The notes: generated by a model not told the origin, from the letters alone. Shown: positions 23,527 through 35,582, counted from the first letter of the stretch. The stretch: DNA of 64,000 nt from Callorhinchus milii (GCF_018977255.1 NW_024704765.1:7378001-7442000), one strand, 5' to 3'. Made by a program: numbers and translations.

Positions 23527-24647
23527 GGAGGGGAGAAATTCCATCTGGGTCTAGACTTGAAACGTTTAGAGCGTACAAGCTTCAGAGAGTTCTTAAACCC
23601 GGTCTTAATTTTCAAAACTGGGATTTTCCGTAGTTCTTAAAAGACCCTGGATTGAGTGTCAAGACCCAGACAGACAGCATTGTAGGAATAGCCCCAAACT
23701 TGCCTGCTCTGATACACGAGAACAAAAAAAAGGCTAAACCCAGACCGAAACGCAATGTCTTCCTCCAGGATTGCACAGGATGCTACTGTTTTGCGGAGGT
23801 TTAACCCCATTGAGCTTGGATTATGAACCACAAGCCAGTTCCGATTCCAACAGTAAGGAATTACTCACCATCGAGGAAGTTACCTTGTGTTTCTCAAAGG
23901 GAAAAGGTACCACTGTGGGGGAATGAACACTCCTCTCGATAACTTGTTATCAATGTCGCCTGATGGATTGTCAGCACTTGTCATCAGCGAAGGTAGTCAG
24001 CCCATCATCACTAAGGAATGAAATAACATCACCGGGCCATTTAATGAAAGAGAGCGAGCCTTAGTTTGTCCTTGACATTACATGACTCCTTCTCCCCTGA
24101 CCTTTACCAACCACCCATTTTGGTTACATCGCTGCTGGCATTATTATTGTCTATAGACGAATAGAAATTGCGAGTTAATTGACTGCTCCCTGTTTGGAAC
24201 AGGCAATCTGTGACCTTCATCAATAAACCTCGACGGGCAGCAATGCTAGAGTGCAAGGAATAAATCATTTATTTTCCTAAAGGCATTAGTATTTTACCGG
24301 GTTAGCACACTGCTAGTTGTATTCAAAACATTTCTCCTCCAATTTTACGCCCATGTTTTCTTGAAGGCAGCAGCTCATGTTTTTGCCCAAGCAGTAACGA
24401 CTTTGCTCAATGGCCATTATTCCGGTCTGTGACCAGATAGTCACCACAAAGATCATTCTCACCCAACCCCCACAACTCGAACGGTTCGAAAACACGGATA
24501 GTGATCAGGAGCAGGTTCCCTGGATGCTTCCATCCCCTTTCGCCAAAGTAAGATGCAGGAAACATGGGCGCTTTACCTAAAAGGGTAGCTCACAAGCCCA
24601 GGTAATAAAATCATTCCCTGACACTTTCTCTTTGGTTGTCTTCTCAG

Positions 24648-24743
24648 CTGCACATTGTTCACTATAATTCGGAGAAGTACAAGACCTTTGAGGAAGCGCA
24701 TGACAAAGAAGATGGATTGGCTGTCCTTGCATTTTTCTATGAG
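24648..24743 (+). CDS. CA6: CA6 exon 4
   Basis: LHIVHYNSEKYKTFEEAHDKEDGLAVLAFFYE: third zinc His and GLAVL motif; CAG/GT boundaries. Confidence 0.96.
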
Positions 24744-25540
24744 GTGGGTCTCCAGGCGTCCAGGAGTGATATAAAAGTCTCCGATGATGAGACGGTGATC
24801 TGACCCAAAGCAACAACGACTAGCATTTACACAGCGTCCTTCACAAAGACCAACCTTGGCACATCAATTAACATGGCTCCTTAACCCCACTAATGAGTAT
24901 TCTTCCTGCCAGCCAGTTGCTCACTGGGAGTTCCCACTCGGCCAAACTGTCCTCCTCTGGCTGGTATCATGTTTTACAAGAAAACACAGTGTGTAATACA
25001 GAGCATCGGAAATGATGAGGGCATAAGGAAAAAAAATAATCTTCCCATTTAAAGCCAAGCTGGGACTGCATTTGGATTGAAATCTGAACTGACATATTTC
25101 ATTGACCTGCACATTACACCAAACAGTTAAGTCTGATTAGGAGAGACCCACGGGGATGTGTCTGTACGTCGCATTGTAAAGCATTGTGGGCCTCGCTTGC
25201 AATTTACAAGATGGATCATGGGTCAGTAATTCCTGCATGGAATCTGGATCAAGATTCCACACGGGTTTGATATGGATTACAATGAAGTCATTTCGGGACA
25301 AGCTGATCCCTGGCTCATGGTACAATTAGATTCTGAACCTGCTGAAGAGTTAACAGGAGTCGATTGGGAAAGATCCCTGTGACACCACCCCCGCCCCCAC
25401 CCACCCCCCAGTGGTTAGTCTGCCCTTCCACTCCAAACGCAGTTCACACCCAGAGCAGAGTGGTCGAAGGGGATTCTAAAGGGATCACGCGTGAAGGAAT
25501 CCAGCTTAGCTACACAGCAAATTGGGACAACGATCATTGA

Positions 25541-25858
25541 GGAGTCCTGTAGCTCAGTGGTTAGAGCACTCGCTTTGTAAGTGAGAGACTTGAGTTCAAT
25601 TCCCGGCAGAGGGCGAAACCTTGGGCAAGTTTCCTTACTCCACACAGAGCCTAATAATATTCCCTCCAAAACCAAAAACAATAATAAATTGGTCATTTTC
25701 AATCCATGACTGTTTGTGGGACATTGCTGTGCGCAATTGGCTGCCGCGTTCGCCCACAAATATACAGTCAATTCACTTTACAGTATATTCTGTGAAGCAC
25801 TTTGGGACGTCCTCCCGACGTGAAAAGCGCTATATCAAATGCAAGGATTATTATTATT
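25541..25858 (+). mobile_element. Full-length tRNA-derived Deu-domain SINE (short, young-looking subfamily)
   Basis: tRNA-like head GGAGTCCTGTAGCTCAGTGG...GAGTTCAATTCC (A and B boxes), Deu-like core GTTTGTGGGACATTGCTGTGCGCAATTGGCTGCCGCGTT, 3' stem-loop and (ATT)n tail. Confidence 0.88.
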
Positions 25859-25959
25859 GAGACGGGCGACAAAGAGTTCATGGTGTGTACTTACCATCTC
25901 TCTGTGCTGTGGAAACCTGATGATACTTTCGGACTGATTCTTGGGTGGCTTTGTTGCAG

Positions 25960-26026
25960 GATGGTCATTTTGAAAATACCTACTACAGCGACTTTATCTC
26001 CAGCTTAGGCAAAGTCCGATACGCAG
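25960..26026 (+). CDS. CA6: CA6 exon 5
   Basis: DGHFENTYYSDFISSLGKVRYA(G); CAG/GTAG boundaries, phases consistent. Confidence 0.93.
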
Positions 26027-26161
26027 GTAGGTGAAACAACAACTTACACACACACACATATATATATATATATATTGTGTTGGGTAATGTCCCAGGGTGC
26101 TTTATTTTCCTGCAACCGTAGAATTCAGAAGCACTGTGTCTCTTTTCCTCTTCCATTTCAG

Positions 26162-26319
26162 GGCAGACGACTCAAATGCATCACTTAGATATCAGCACCA
26201 TGCTCTCGGATGACCTCTCGCAGTTCTACAGATACAAGGGATCTTTAACCACACCGCCTTGCTTTGAGTCTATAACTTGGACAGTCTTTGACACGCCGAT
26301 CAAGCTATCCCATAATCAG
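26162..26319 (+). CDS. CA6: CA6 exon 6
   Basis: (G)QTTQMHHLDISTMLSDDLSQFYRYKGSLTTPPCFESITWTVFDTPIKLSHNQ: GSLTTPPC motif. Confidence 0.97.
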
Positions 26320-29300
26320 GTAAATATGATCTGAATTGTTTGTATGTAAAATCTGTAAAATCTCAGTTGGTAGCAGTCTTACCAATAATAACAATAATAA
26401 TCCTTGCGTTTGATACAACGCCTTATCATGTCTTCGAGTCGTCTCAAAGCGCTTTGCAGGACACACTGCAAAGTGAATTGACTGTATATTTTGTGGGCGA
26501 AATATGGGTTAGAAAGTTGGCTTTCGTTCAAAGTTCAGTCTGATACTTCAGTGCAGTACTGGGGGAAAACATCGCGCTCTTGGAGGACGGGGCCTTCAGA
26601 CGAGAGAATGAACTAAGATCCCCATCTGCCTGTTCAGGTGGAAGTTAAAGATCCCGTGAAGCTGCTTGAAAAGAGAAGGGAATTCCTCTCTTGTCTTCTA
26701 AATCTCCCCCAATGCAACTGATCATTTATTTCAATGCTGTCGTGGGCTCTTGCTATGAGCAAAATGGTTGCTTCAAATACCGGAAATGACCTCTGAAGGC
26801 CTTTTTTAATGTTATACGTGTTATATATTCAAATTCCCACATACATACACATATATATATATATTTTAATAGAATTTTCACAACCCACTACCTTCCGACC
26901 AGGAGACACCTGGAGCAAAGTTGAGTGGGAATTACAGTGGATGACTCCAACGGTGGGAAAAGCTATGGCCGTTCTCCGCCTCTCTTTGTCTGTTTTTTTC
27001 GCAAAAAAAAATAAAATGAAAGATAAGGTCCTCAGGAGATAAGAGGGAATCGGCTGTTGACCCGCTTTACGACAGCAGGCGTTGAAATGAATTGTAATAC
27101 CGTTGCCTCGCTGCTGGAGGCGCTGCCGAGCTGAGCTCCCAGCTGTTGCCCGTTGTCAGCGGTCAGTGTTGCTTACAGCGCCGCCAGGTGGACATTGAGC
27201 AGTTCTGACCATCTTGAGCAAGTCACGTCATGACAAGGGATGGGCCCGATACGGTTGAGTTGTCCTCCATCGCTTCACAGGATCTTACTCCGTGCGTCAG
27301 CCCGGCCGCAGCGTCAGGCCGCTCGCCTCTGAGTCGGAGCGCTCCGAGACGCTATCCGGCGTGGAGGGGCGCTATAAAAATCCAAGTTGCTGTGGCTGTT
27401 GTTGTTGTTGTTGTTGGGTTCAAGCCCCCACGTCGGGATTTGCAATCACGTCGTCTAAGCTGACATGTCTCGGGTGAGACGTTAAATCGAAGCCCCATCT
27501 GCCCGTTCAGGTGGATGTTAAAGATCCCGTGGCGTAAAGAGAAGGGAGTTTTTTCTCTCTCCCGGTGTCAGGGCCAACGATCCCCCCAAATAGATTGGTC
27601 GCACACACTCCACGGCTGTTCGTTGGACGTTGCTGCGTGCAACCGGCTGCTGCATTTCACCCAACAAATATACAGTCAGTCGACTTTACAGTATATCCTG
27701 CGAAGCGATTTGAGACGTCTCAACAACGCGATAAGACGCTATATCAAATGCAAGGATTATTATTACTCTAAAGGGTAGCGACTGTGCTTTTGAGGGCGAG
27801 TGTGGCAGCCAGTTTACTACACGCAGCAATGTCCCACAAACAGCCATGAAGGGAATCAATTTTTTTCTGGAGGATTGTTGGCCGGGAAACCGGGAGATCT
27901 TGGCCCAGATTTAGCACCAGACAACAGGCGGAGTTAGCAATGGCCACAAATCTCTTCCGTTTTCCACAGAGCAATTTACTCCACTGGTGGTAACGATTGC
28001 ATAAAAAAAACACTCAGTGTTTCAGGTTAAAAAAAAGTGTGGCCTTTTTTTAAACTGGTATAAATACTATAATTTAATGTTGGTTTCTTTTTTTTTAAAT
28101 GCACTTAAACGGAATTACATAAAGAATGCAAATAGTTTCTAGGCTCTGTTTCCCCCCACCCCTCTCTCTGTGCCCCTCTTAAGTGGTTGCATGCACGCAA
28201 AGCAGAACAAAATTCTTTTGAATGGAGTGTTCTCTGCAACCACCTGTAAGATTCCCCCCTGCCTGCCAGTTCCTGTTACCAATCCTACAACACTATTTAA
28301 CTATCTAAGTTTTCCACAGTGACCGGGGTCACAACAACAACAAATCGTATTTCTATAGCGCCTCTAACATCAGGAGGATGTCTTGAGGTGCTGGCGGCTG
28401 GATTCGGGAGGGGTGGCGGTGTAGGGGTGGAAGGATGACTGAAGCCACGTTCAAAGAGGTAGACCTTGAAGGTGAGGGAAGAGATGAGTTGACGGGACTC
28501 AGGGATGGAGTCCCAGAGAGTGGGGTCTGTCAATCTTCCAGAATAATTGGGTCTTTTCACTATTTGTGAGACTGTGCCGTGTGTAAAGTTCCCGTGTTTG
28601 CCTAGAAATACAGTCACTACACACGTCAGTAATTGCCCGTGAAACATTTTTGCTTAGGTTTGATTTTACCACTGCAACGACAACCACTTGCGGTTGTATA
28701 GCTCGCTTCACACAGGGCAGAGTCTTGGGAGCGTTTACCAGTGTTGGACCCTGTCTATAGTCGGTTTAATGCGAAGATTATTATCATACTCTCGAACCCT
28801 CAATTCTTCCATCCAGCTCAGGCCCACAGTACTCATTCCTGCTCTCAATCGGCCTGTCTACTTTGCACCAGGCGGCTTATCTTACCTCCCCTCCAGGAAG
28901 CAGAACCTCCTAGTGATGCCATCCCAGAACAAGAAACCTACACCTCCCCTCTCCGGTACATGGATCCAATGTAGTTGCCTTCCACAGTGCCAGTTCGGAC
29001 TCTCCTACATTATTACAACAACTTGCACACGTTGCAGTTCGGGAGACTGAGAGAAGCTTTGGAACAACCCTAGTTTCAACTCAGTGTAGACTCGGGTGAC
29101 TAGATTTTGTAAACCAAATCCGGGGACGCAGAGACATACAAAAAATTTAACTCACCACAATTCCTGATGCTGGCAGTACAGTTACTTGGAGAAGTGTGTT
29201 GGATTAATGCCTGTGTTTCTCTGATTAATAAGTGTATGTGCTTTAGAATGCTGTTGTTGTTCTTGGTCAGTTTGTGGCTGAACTCAAGACGGGGCAAATT

Positions 29301-29612
29301 TGGCCCCAGTAACACAATACCTCATTGCCCCAAAAATCAGGGACGTATGGTCACCCTAGAGTAAAGCAGAGCTCAAGCCTAGGATCAGTTCTGGTTTGTG
29401 TGACTCGGTCACGCACCAGGCTGTATGATAATAATAATAATTGATATACCATCTTATTGCGTCATTGAGACGTCTCAAAGTGCTTCACAGAATTTATTAC
29501 CTGTATATTTTGTGGGTGAAATGTTCACATGTCCGTATGTCCACCAAACGAGCCGTCGGTGGCCGATATTGATCGGTAAAGTGCATTTCCTTTTTCTTGT
29601 TGTGTTTTACAG

Positions 29613-29736
29613 ATCCGACTGTTGGAAAACTCTGTGCTGGATTGGGAGAACAAGACTCTGAGAAACGATTACCGTCATGCCCAGCTCGTGAACGACAGAA
29701 CCATAGAAGCAAGTTTCCAAACAGATCTGGTGAGAG
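29613..29736 (+). CDS. CA6: CA6 exon 7 (end of the CA domain)
   Basis: IRLLENSVLDWENKTLRNDYRHAQLVNDRTIEASFQTDLVR(G); phase-1 donor chosen to match the next exon. Confidence 0.9.
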
Positions 29737-30476
29737 GTGCGGTAATAACATATAATACTGCAGAGTGAAAAATGTACTGTATGATGTGCTGACACATTGC
29801 GAGACAGAGTTGGTATCGTGGAGATGTCCTATTTGATTATAGTAGTGAGATGGGGGGGGCAGGGGGCTGGGGTTGGGGGGCTGGGAGGTGGGCTAATGAG
29901 GGGGAGACCTACTGGGTTTGACATCTCCTTTGCTGAGCTTCCAACTCCAGCGCTCTGAGATGCCGTCCCTTGTGAATGGCGCAACATAAATACAACTTGC
30001 TGCTGTTGCTGAAACAGTTTTGCCCCCAAAATATTGGGATCCATTGGGCCAGTACGTGGCGCTAGCAAACCTGCTGCCATGCAGGTCTCATGAGAACATA
30101 AGAATTAGCTAGGCGAAAGAAGACCAAGGTCCATCCAGTTCACCTTTCACTATCCTGGCAGTCGCTTGCACATGGGGTGTCCCAAATTCTATAATAAGAA
30201 CAAAAGAATTAGTTTAGATGAAGGAAATCCTTCGACACATCTGATCTCATCCTTCCAGGATACCCACCCAACCATTCTCCCATCACGGCGTCAAGATATT
30301 TTGCTTACATGAGTCCCAATGTCGTGGACTCAGCCACCCTTCCTGGCAACTCTGTTCCGGTCGTTACCTTCCGTGTCAAGAAAAACTTCCTGGTGTCTGT
30401 CCTGAAATTGCTTCTTGTCAGTGTGAAATGGACTCATTTAGAATGTGCCTCTGTGTCCTCCAATTCCGTGACTTAG

Positions 30477-30569
30477 GTTCCTGCCACCTGGACGAAATCA
30501 ATGAGAAGCTGGAAAAAATTGAAACGATTTTGCACAAGTTCCAACTAAACGCGGAAGCTGGCCAGGCAG
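30477..30569 (+). CDS. CA6: CA6 exon 8 (amphipathic helical linker)
   Basis: (G)SCHLDEINEKLEKIETILHKFQLNAEAGQA(G): heptad-like hydrophobic pattern; TAG acceptor, CAG|GTGAG donor. Confidence 0.85.
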
Positions 30570-31575
30570 GTGAGATATACGGCAGGATTTCCTAACCATC
30601 TCAGACGATTTTCGCAGCCAGAGGTCTCAAGGTTTCTCTGCAGAAGGTCGTGGACTGGCTTCACCATACTAGGTTTAAGGTAGTGATACTTTATGCAGGC
30701 AGCTTGTGATCCACAGTAAGTGACCTCAGTAGTGAAGCTGCTGAGCTGGAAATCAGCCACTATTTTCGCATGGGAAGTTGTGTGGTCAGTGCCCAAAGCA
30801 GAAAGTGCCACAACTGACGTAAAGGACACCCGCACTGAAATCTACTAAATCAACAGCAACAACTTGCATTTAGATCCATATATATGTAGGTGGCGCTAGC
30901 AAACCTTCATGCCGGACGGGGTCTCGGAGGGCTTAAGGCGTTGTATGTATCCCGCGAAGCGCTTCGAGACATCTCGGCGACATGGTAAGGCGCTCTATCA
31001 AATGCAAGTGCTATTATTATTATTATTATTATTATTGAAATGCACACTCCGGGAACCAGTCAGCCACTAGAATTAGCCTGTGATGTAACTCATAGGAGAG
31101 AGCTAGAGAGAGAGAGAGAGAGAGACAAATCAGACCTGGCGGCCGTTGGTGTAATTTAATGCCGTTCCTTGCTTCCTCCTTAAGGTGGCAGTCAAACAAG
31201 TCACCCTTCATCAGGAAAATCATCCACATTCACCGCATGTAAAAGTTTTCCCCTCAAGTAAAAATTGTCCTGGAATCTACCCAGCGGTAGAAGTTCTTGT
31301 TGTTGGTCATATGCGTCGCAGCTGTTTGGGGCAAGTTGCTATGCACAAATTGGCTGCCACGTTCCCCCTACCAAATACAGTCACTACACTTTACGGTAAA
31401 TAATAGCAATAATTCTTGCATTTGATATAGTGCCTTTGAGACCTCTTCGAGACGTCTCAAAGCGCTTCGCAGAATACGCGGTAAAGTGAATTGACTTGTA
31501 CATTTTTTTTGAAAAGAGAACAAATCGGTTACAAGTTGGCCATTGATGATGTATTTTCTTGATGGTTTCCGAAAG

Positions 31576-32192
31576 GCATCGAGTTGGCTTCGCACCCCGC
31601 CTTCCACTTCTCGGAGGGCAGACGAGAAAGCTACGTTGAAATCCGAGCCCTTCGCAGTATGGATCTGCGTTCCTTCAGCGTGTGCATGTGGATCAGGATA
31701 AAGGATTCCCGGTCAAAGATACTTCTGTCCTACGCCACCAAGGGCAGTGACAATGAACTGGTGATCTCTGTGGGTCTGGATTGGGGGCTATGGATCGGAG
31801 GCCACTTTGTGAACATCGGGTTTCACTTCAACTCCAAAGACTGGGTCCACTACTGCCTGACCTGGAGATCTCAATCCGGATCTGCGGAAATGTGGATTAA
31901 CGGATTGTCGGGAAAGGAGAAGCGGATCAAGAGAGGGCACGTCCTCAGGAAGGGTGGGACGCTCTTACTTGGTAAAGACCAGGATGGTTTCGAGGGCATT
32001 TTCTCCGACGTCTTTGTCGGCGACATGACTGCCGTTAACATGTGGGATTATGTACTCCGCCCCGCAGAGATCCGAGAGTTAATGGAGTGTAAACACCGGT
32101 GGAAAAAGGGGAATGTTATAGCTTGGGGGAAGAGTGCTGTGACCCTTTTCGGTGGAGTGAGGGTTGAAGATGATAACAGTTGTCTTGGGTGA
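31576..32192 (+). CDS. CA6: CA6 exon 9, pentraxin domain, ending in TGA
   Basis: ORF 31584-32192 has SFSVCMW, LSYAT..DNEL, the pentraxin signature HYCLTWRS, LGKDQD and VNMWDYVL; in frame with exon 8; total CDS 1578 nt (525 aa). Confidence 0.95.
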
Positions 32193-33809
32193 TCTATTCA
32201 CACCCAGTGCGCAGAGCAGTATTGGATATCTACCAGGATTGAAGGAGGTGAGGGGGGGAGAGAGAGAGAGAGGAGTGGGTGGGGGGGGGCAGACTGATAT
32301 TTTGCAACTTCTTCGCTAGTAATCTTTCTTTTATATATATACACACACACATACATGTAGAGCAGCAACATTCCACAAGGCCCAACAAACCCGGACGGGA
32401 ATTGTAAGGAAATTTCCTTACGTAAGAAATGCCATAAAATCAACTCCTTCGGGTGTCAAAAACCTACACATTTTATGAACGATCATTACAATCGTTGCGT
32501 TTCATGTAGAATGCCTCATCACAATGTCTCAAAGCACTTCTTTTTTTTTCCAACAGCATGTACTGCGTATTAATCTAGGCAAAAAAAATCTCAGTTCAGT
32601 TTATGGTACAATTTCTGCCAGCCATTCTGCATCAGTGTGAAGCTGACCTCAATACTGATTAACAATGATTCCATTGATAACACATTGAATAAAAGAGTTG
32701 TAGTTTATCTAAACCATTGATTCGATTCACCCAAACAGTCCCAAACATATGCTTAGCCCCGCGCTATAGTAATCTATATCTTTATTTAACAAATAAAGGA
32801 TTGTTCTTGGAGTTGGCACAGGGCCAAATGGCCTTCTTCTGTGCCCTAAATTTCTGTGGTTCTAAATGATTTCTAAAGTCTCTGAATAAAATAGGTTTCA
32901 CTGATGGAAAATGCCAATAAAAAGCAATGTACAGCAATGTATCTTTGGATGGGCTACATTATTATGAGGCACAGGTTATAAATAATAATCCTTGGATTTA
33001 ATCCACGGCTGTTTGTGGGGACGTTACTGTGGGCAATTGGCTGCTGCGTTTCGCCCACAAATATACAGTCAATTCACTTTACAGTCTGTTCCATGGAGGT
33101 CTCTGAGACGTCTCGAAGACTTGATAAGGCGCTTTATCAAATGTAAGTCTTATTATTATTTGATTGTTGTGACTGTATATTTATAAGCAAATGCAGCAGC
33201 CAATTTGTGCATAACAATGTCGCACAACCGACTGAAAGACCAACAAGGTAGGCAAGGTGAGAGACTTCCCTTCTCCTTCTGTGTGATGCCATGAGATCTT
33301 TGACACCCAACTTAACAGGCAGATAGAACCACAAGTTCCTTCTCAAATTTCAGGAGAATTTTCTCAAGGCCAAAGCAAGCTTTGAAGGATGTGAAGTTCA
33401 CCTAACCCAAAAGAATTGACAAAAATCAGTTTTTTTTATTGTAGGCTTTATCTTATCAGTATAGGGTTGGCTTTGTCAAATTGTATGGACCAGCAGATTT
33501 AACAGTTCCACTCTTGCCCAGGCCGCAAGCCTAGACTTTCAATGGAGCCAGACTGTTGGGGTGAAAACAGTGGGGTCCAGTAATGCTAGCACATTGTCAA
33601 AAATTGCATTCGGAGCAAGTCAATAATTACTGACAAGCCAGGAGAGGGCTGTGTGATCACGTGAGCACAACAGTGATTACATACACCCTGACCCTGTCCA
33701 CAATTTACAATAAAGTGATAATTATTATTGATCCTAACTATTCCATCAAACCTCCCAACTTTCACCCATTGTACCACAAAGGATGTTAAGTCTCGGTGCT
33801 TTTCTGCTC

Positions 33810-34004
33810 CTATTGTTTTTCCTTGACCTCCGCTTGACTCATATCCAATTCCTCCTCAACCTCAACTTTGTTCCTCTTTGCCATAGTCTGACTGATTTCC
33901 TGGAATGTTTTATTCTTTGTCTCGGGAACGAAGATGAAGATGTAAGCGAATGTCAGGAAGCAGATGCTGCTGAAAATGACGAAACAGTAGGGGCCGAATC
34001 CTTG
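33810..34004 (-). CDS. SLC2A5: GLUT5 last coding exon (with stop)
   Basis: QGFGPYCFVIFSSICFLTFAYIFIFVPETKNKTFQEISQ...: sugar porter PETK motif. Confidence 0.95.
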   Translation of the reverse strand, partial: QGFGPYCFVIFSSICFLTFAYIFIFVPETKNKTFQEISQTMAKRNKVEVEEELDMSQAEVKEKQ

Positions 34005-34347
34005 CTGAAAGTAAAATACAAACAAAAAAACAAAATCTAACAAATGTCTTCAATAGGTGAGCATCAATTTTGCCAAACTCTTAAGATTTCACTGCAAAAT
34101 CCACCTTGAACCATTACTGGAATCAAAATTTGCACGTGATCATTATCACCAGTTATTATTAAGATAAGAGTAATAATAGTAATTAACTGTGTTTATTACA
34201 ACGCTTATCGTGTAATATAGGTGAATTGTCGTCAAGTGTAGTGTAGAAAGAGCTATGTGTTCGTTCCCCGCCGTTTCCCCACATCCTTTTCTTGGTATCA
34301 ATAAGTCAAACATTTAAAGCAAACTCAGAAATCAAAAGGCCACCCAC

Positions 34348-34475
34348 CACCAGGAAAGGAAAGATGATGCCCACAAGAAAGTTACAGAACCAGTGCACTG
34401 ATCCTGCCACCATGAAGGCTGCTGGTCTGGAACTCTGACGAAACAGCTCTGTGGTCACCACGTAAGGTATCGGAC
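34348..34475 (-). CDS. SLC2A5: GLUT5 coding exon
   Basis: (S)[42 protein letters not shown]: class II GLUT GSVHW motif. Confidence 0.95.
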
Positions 34476-35124
34476 CTCGAACGCAGAGAAAGACAACAAG
34501 TTAGTCCATTGCAAAAAAAAATCAACCCACTTGGTGAAGTTGTTCATTAAGGAGACAAACAATTGTACTAAAGCTCTGGAGCTCTCTCTCCCTCAATCCC
34601 TCCGCCTTGCCCCCTCCCTCCCTAAAGACCTTGCTTTTCGATCATGCTTACGGTCACCTCCGTGCACCCCCCCCCACCCCCTCCCTCGCCGCTGTCAAGC
34701 ACTCTGGGACGCTACCCCACGTGAAGGGCAAGTTGTTGTTGCTGTGTTGGACACCTATGCTTCCATATGGCATTTGCTAATTATTTACATACATACGTAC
34801 CTACTTTTAAAGGCTCCGATTGATTCTGCCTTGACATACAACCAATTTGGGCTCAGACTTCTGCTAACTGTCCTGTTTGTCCAACCTCAGCAAACCAGCT
34901 TCCCCTCACGGCACATATCCTCTATTCCAGAACTCACTCTTGCCAAAGGATCGGTTCTTGAACGAGTTGAACTCCCCCAAAATCGGCAGCAATAATAATA
35001 ATAACCTTGCATTTGATACAGCGCCTCACGCATCTTCGAGAGCCGCGATATTACAAGTTAACTTCGGGGTGTACGTTCTTGGTTTGAAAGGGGAACATAA
35101 ATTCTGCCAATAAAATACACTTAC

Positions 35125-35200
35125 TGGGTCCTATCGCGTGTCCAATGATATAAACGATAATGCTGAGTATGCTTATAGCAGGCATCCAGTGAATCATATT
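35125..35200 (-). CDS. SLC2A5: GLUT5 coding exon
   Basis: NMIHWMPAISILSIIVYIIGHAIGP(S); AG/GTAAG boundaries. Confidence 0.94.
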
Positions 35201-35582
35201 CTAAAGAGAAAAGAGAAAAAAAAAGTTATTTCATGACAATAATAATAATCCTTGCATTTCATCTAGCGCCTGATCAAGTCGTCAAAATGTCTCAAAGCGC
35301 GTCACAGTGATTTAATGCAAGATGTAGTGACTGTGTATTTGTAGGCAAACACGGCAGGCAATTTAGACAGAGTATTGTACAAAAAAAACAGCCTCGATAT
35401 TAACAGATCGTTTGCCTCATGGCTTTTTGTGGAACTTTGCTATAAGCAAAATGACTGCTGCATTCACGGCAAAGATAGTCACCTACGGGAGTAATTTCCC
35501 TAAAGCTCCGTGTGACATCGTGACACAATCGGGTTTCTGTGACAACCCGAGTTCTGTCTTTCAATAGCGGAAAAATACGAAC

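Noticed and set aside
25541-25615. Apparent tRNA genes (GGAGTCCTGTAGCTCAGTGG...)
   Set aside because: Each copy continues into the SINE body and (ATT)n tail; these are SINE heads, not functional tRNAs
28688-29050. Overlapping 77-120 aa ORFs in CA6 intron 6
   Set aside because: No homology recognised and not needed for the CA6 frame; possibly an unrecognised repeat fragment
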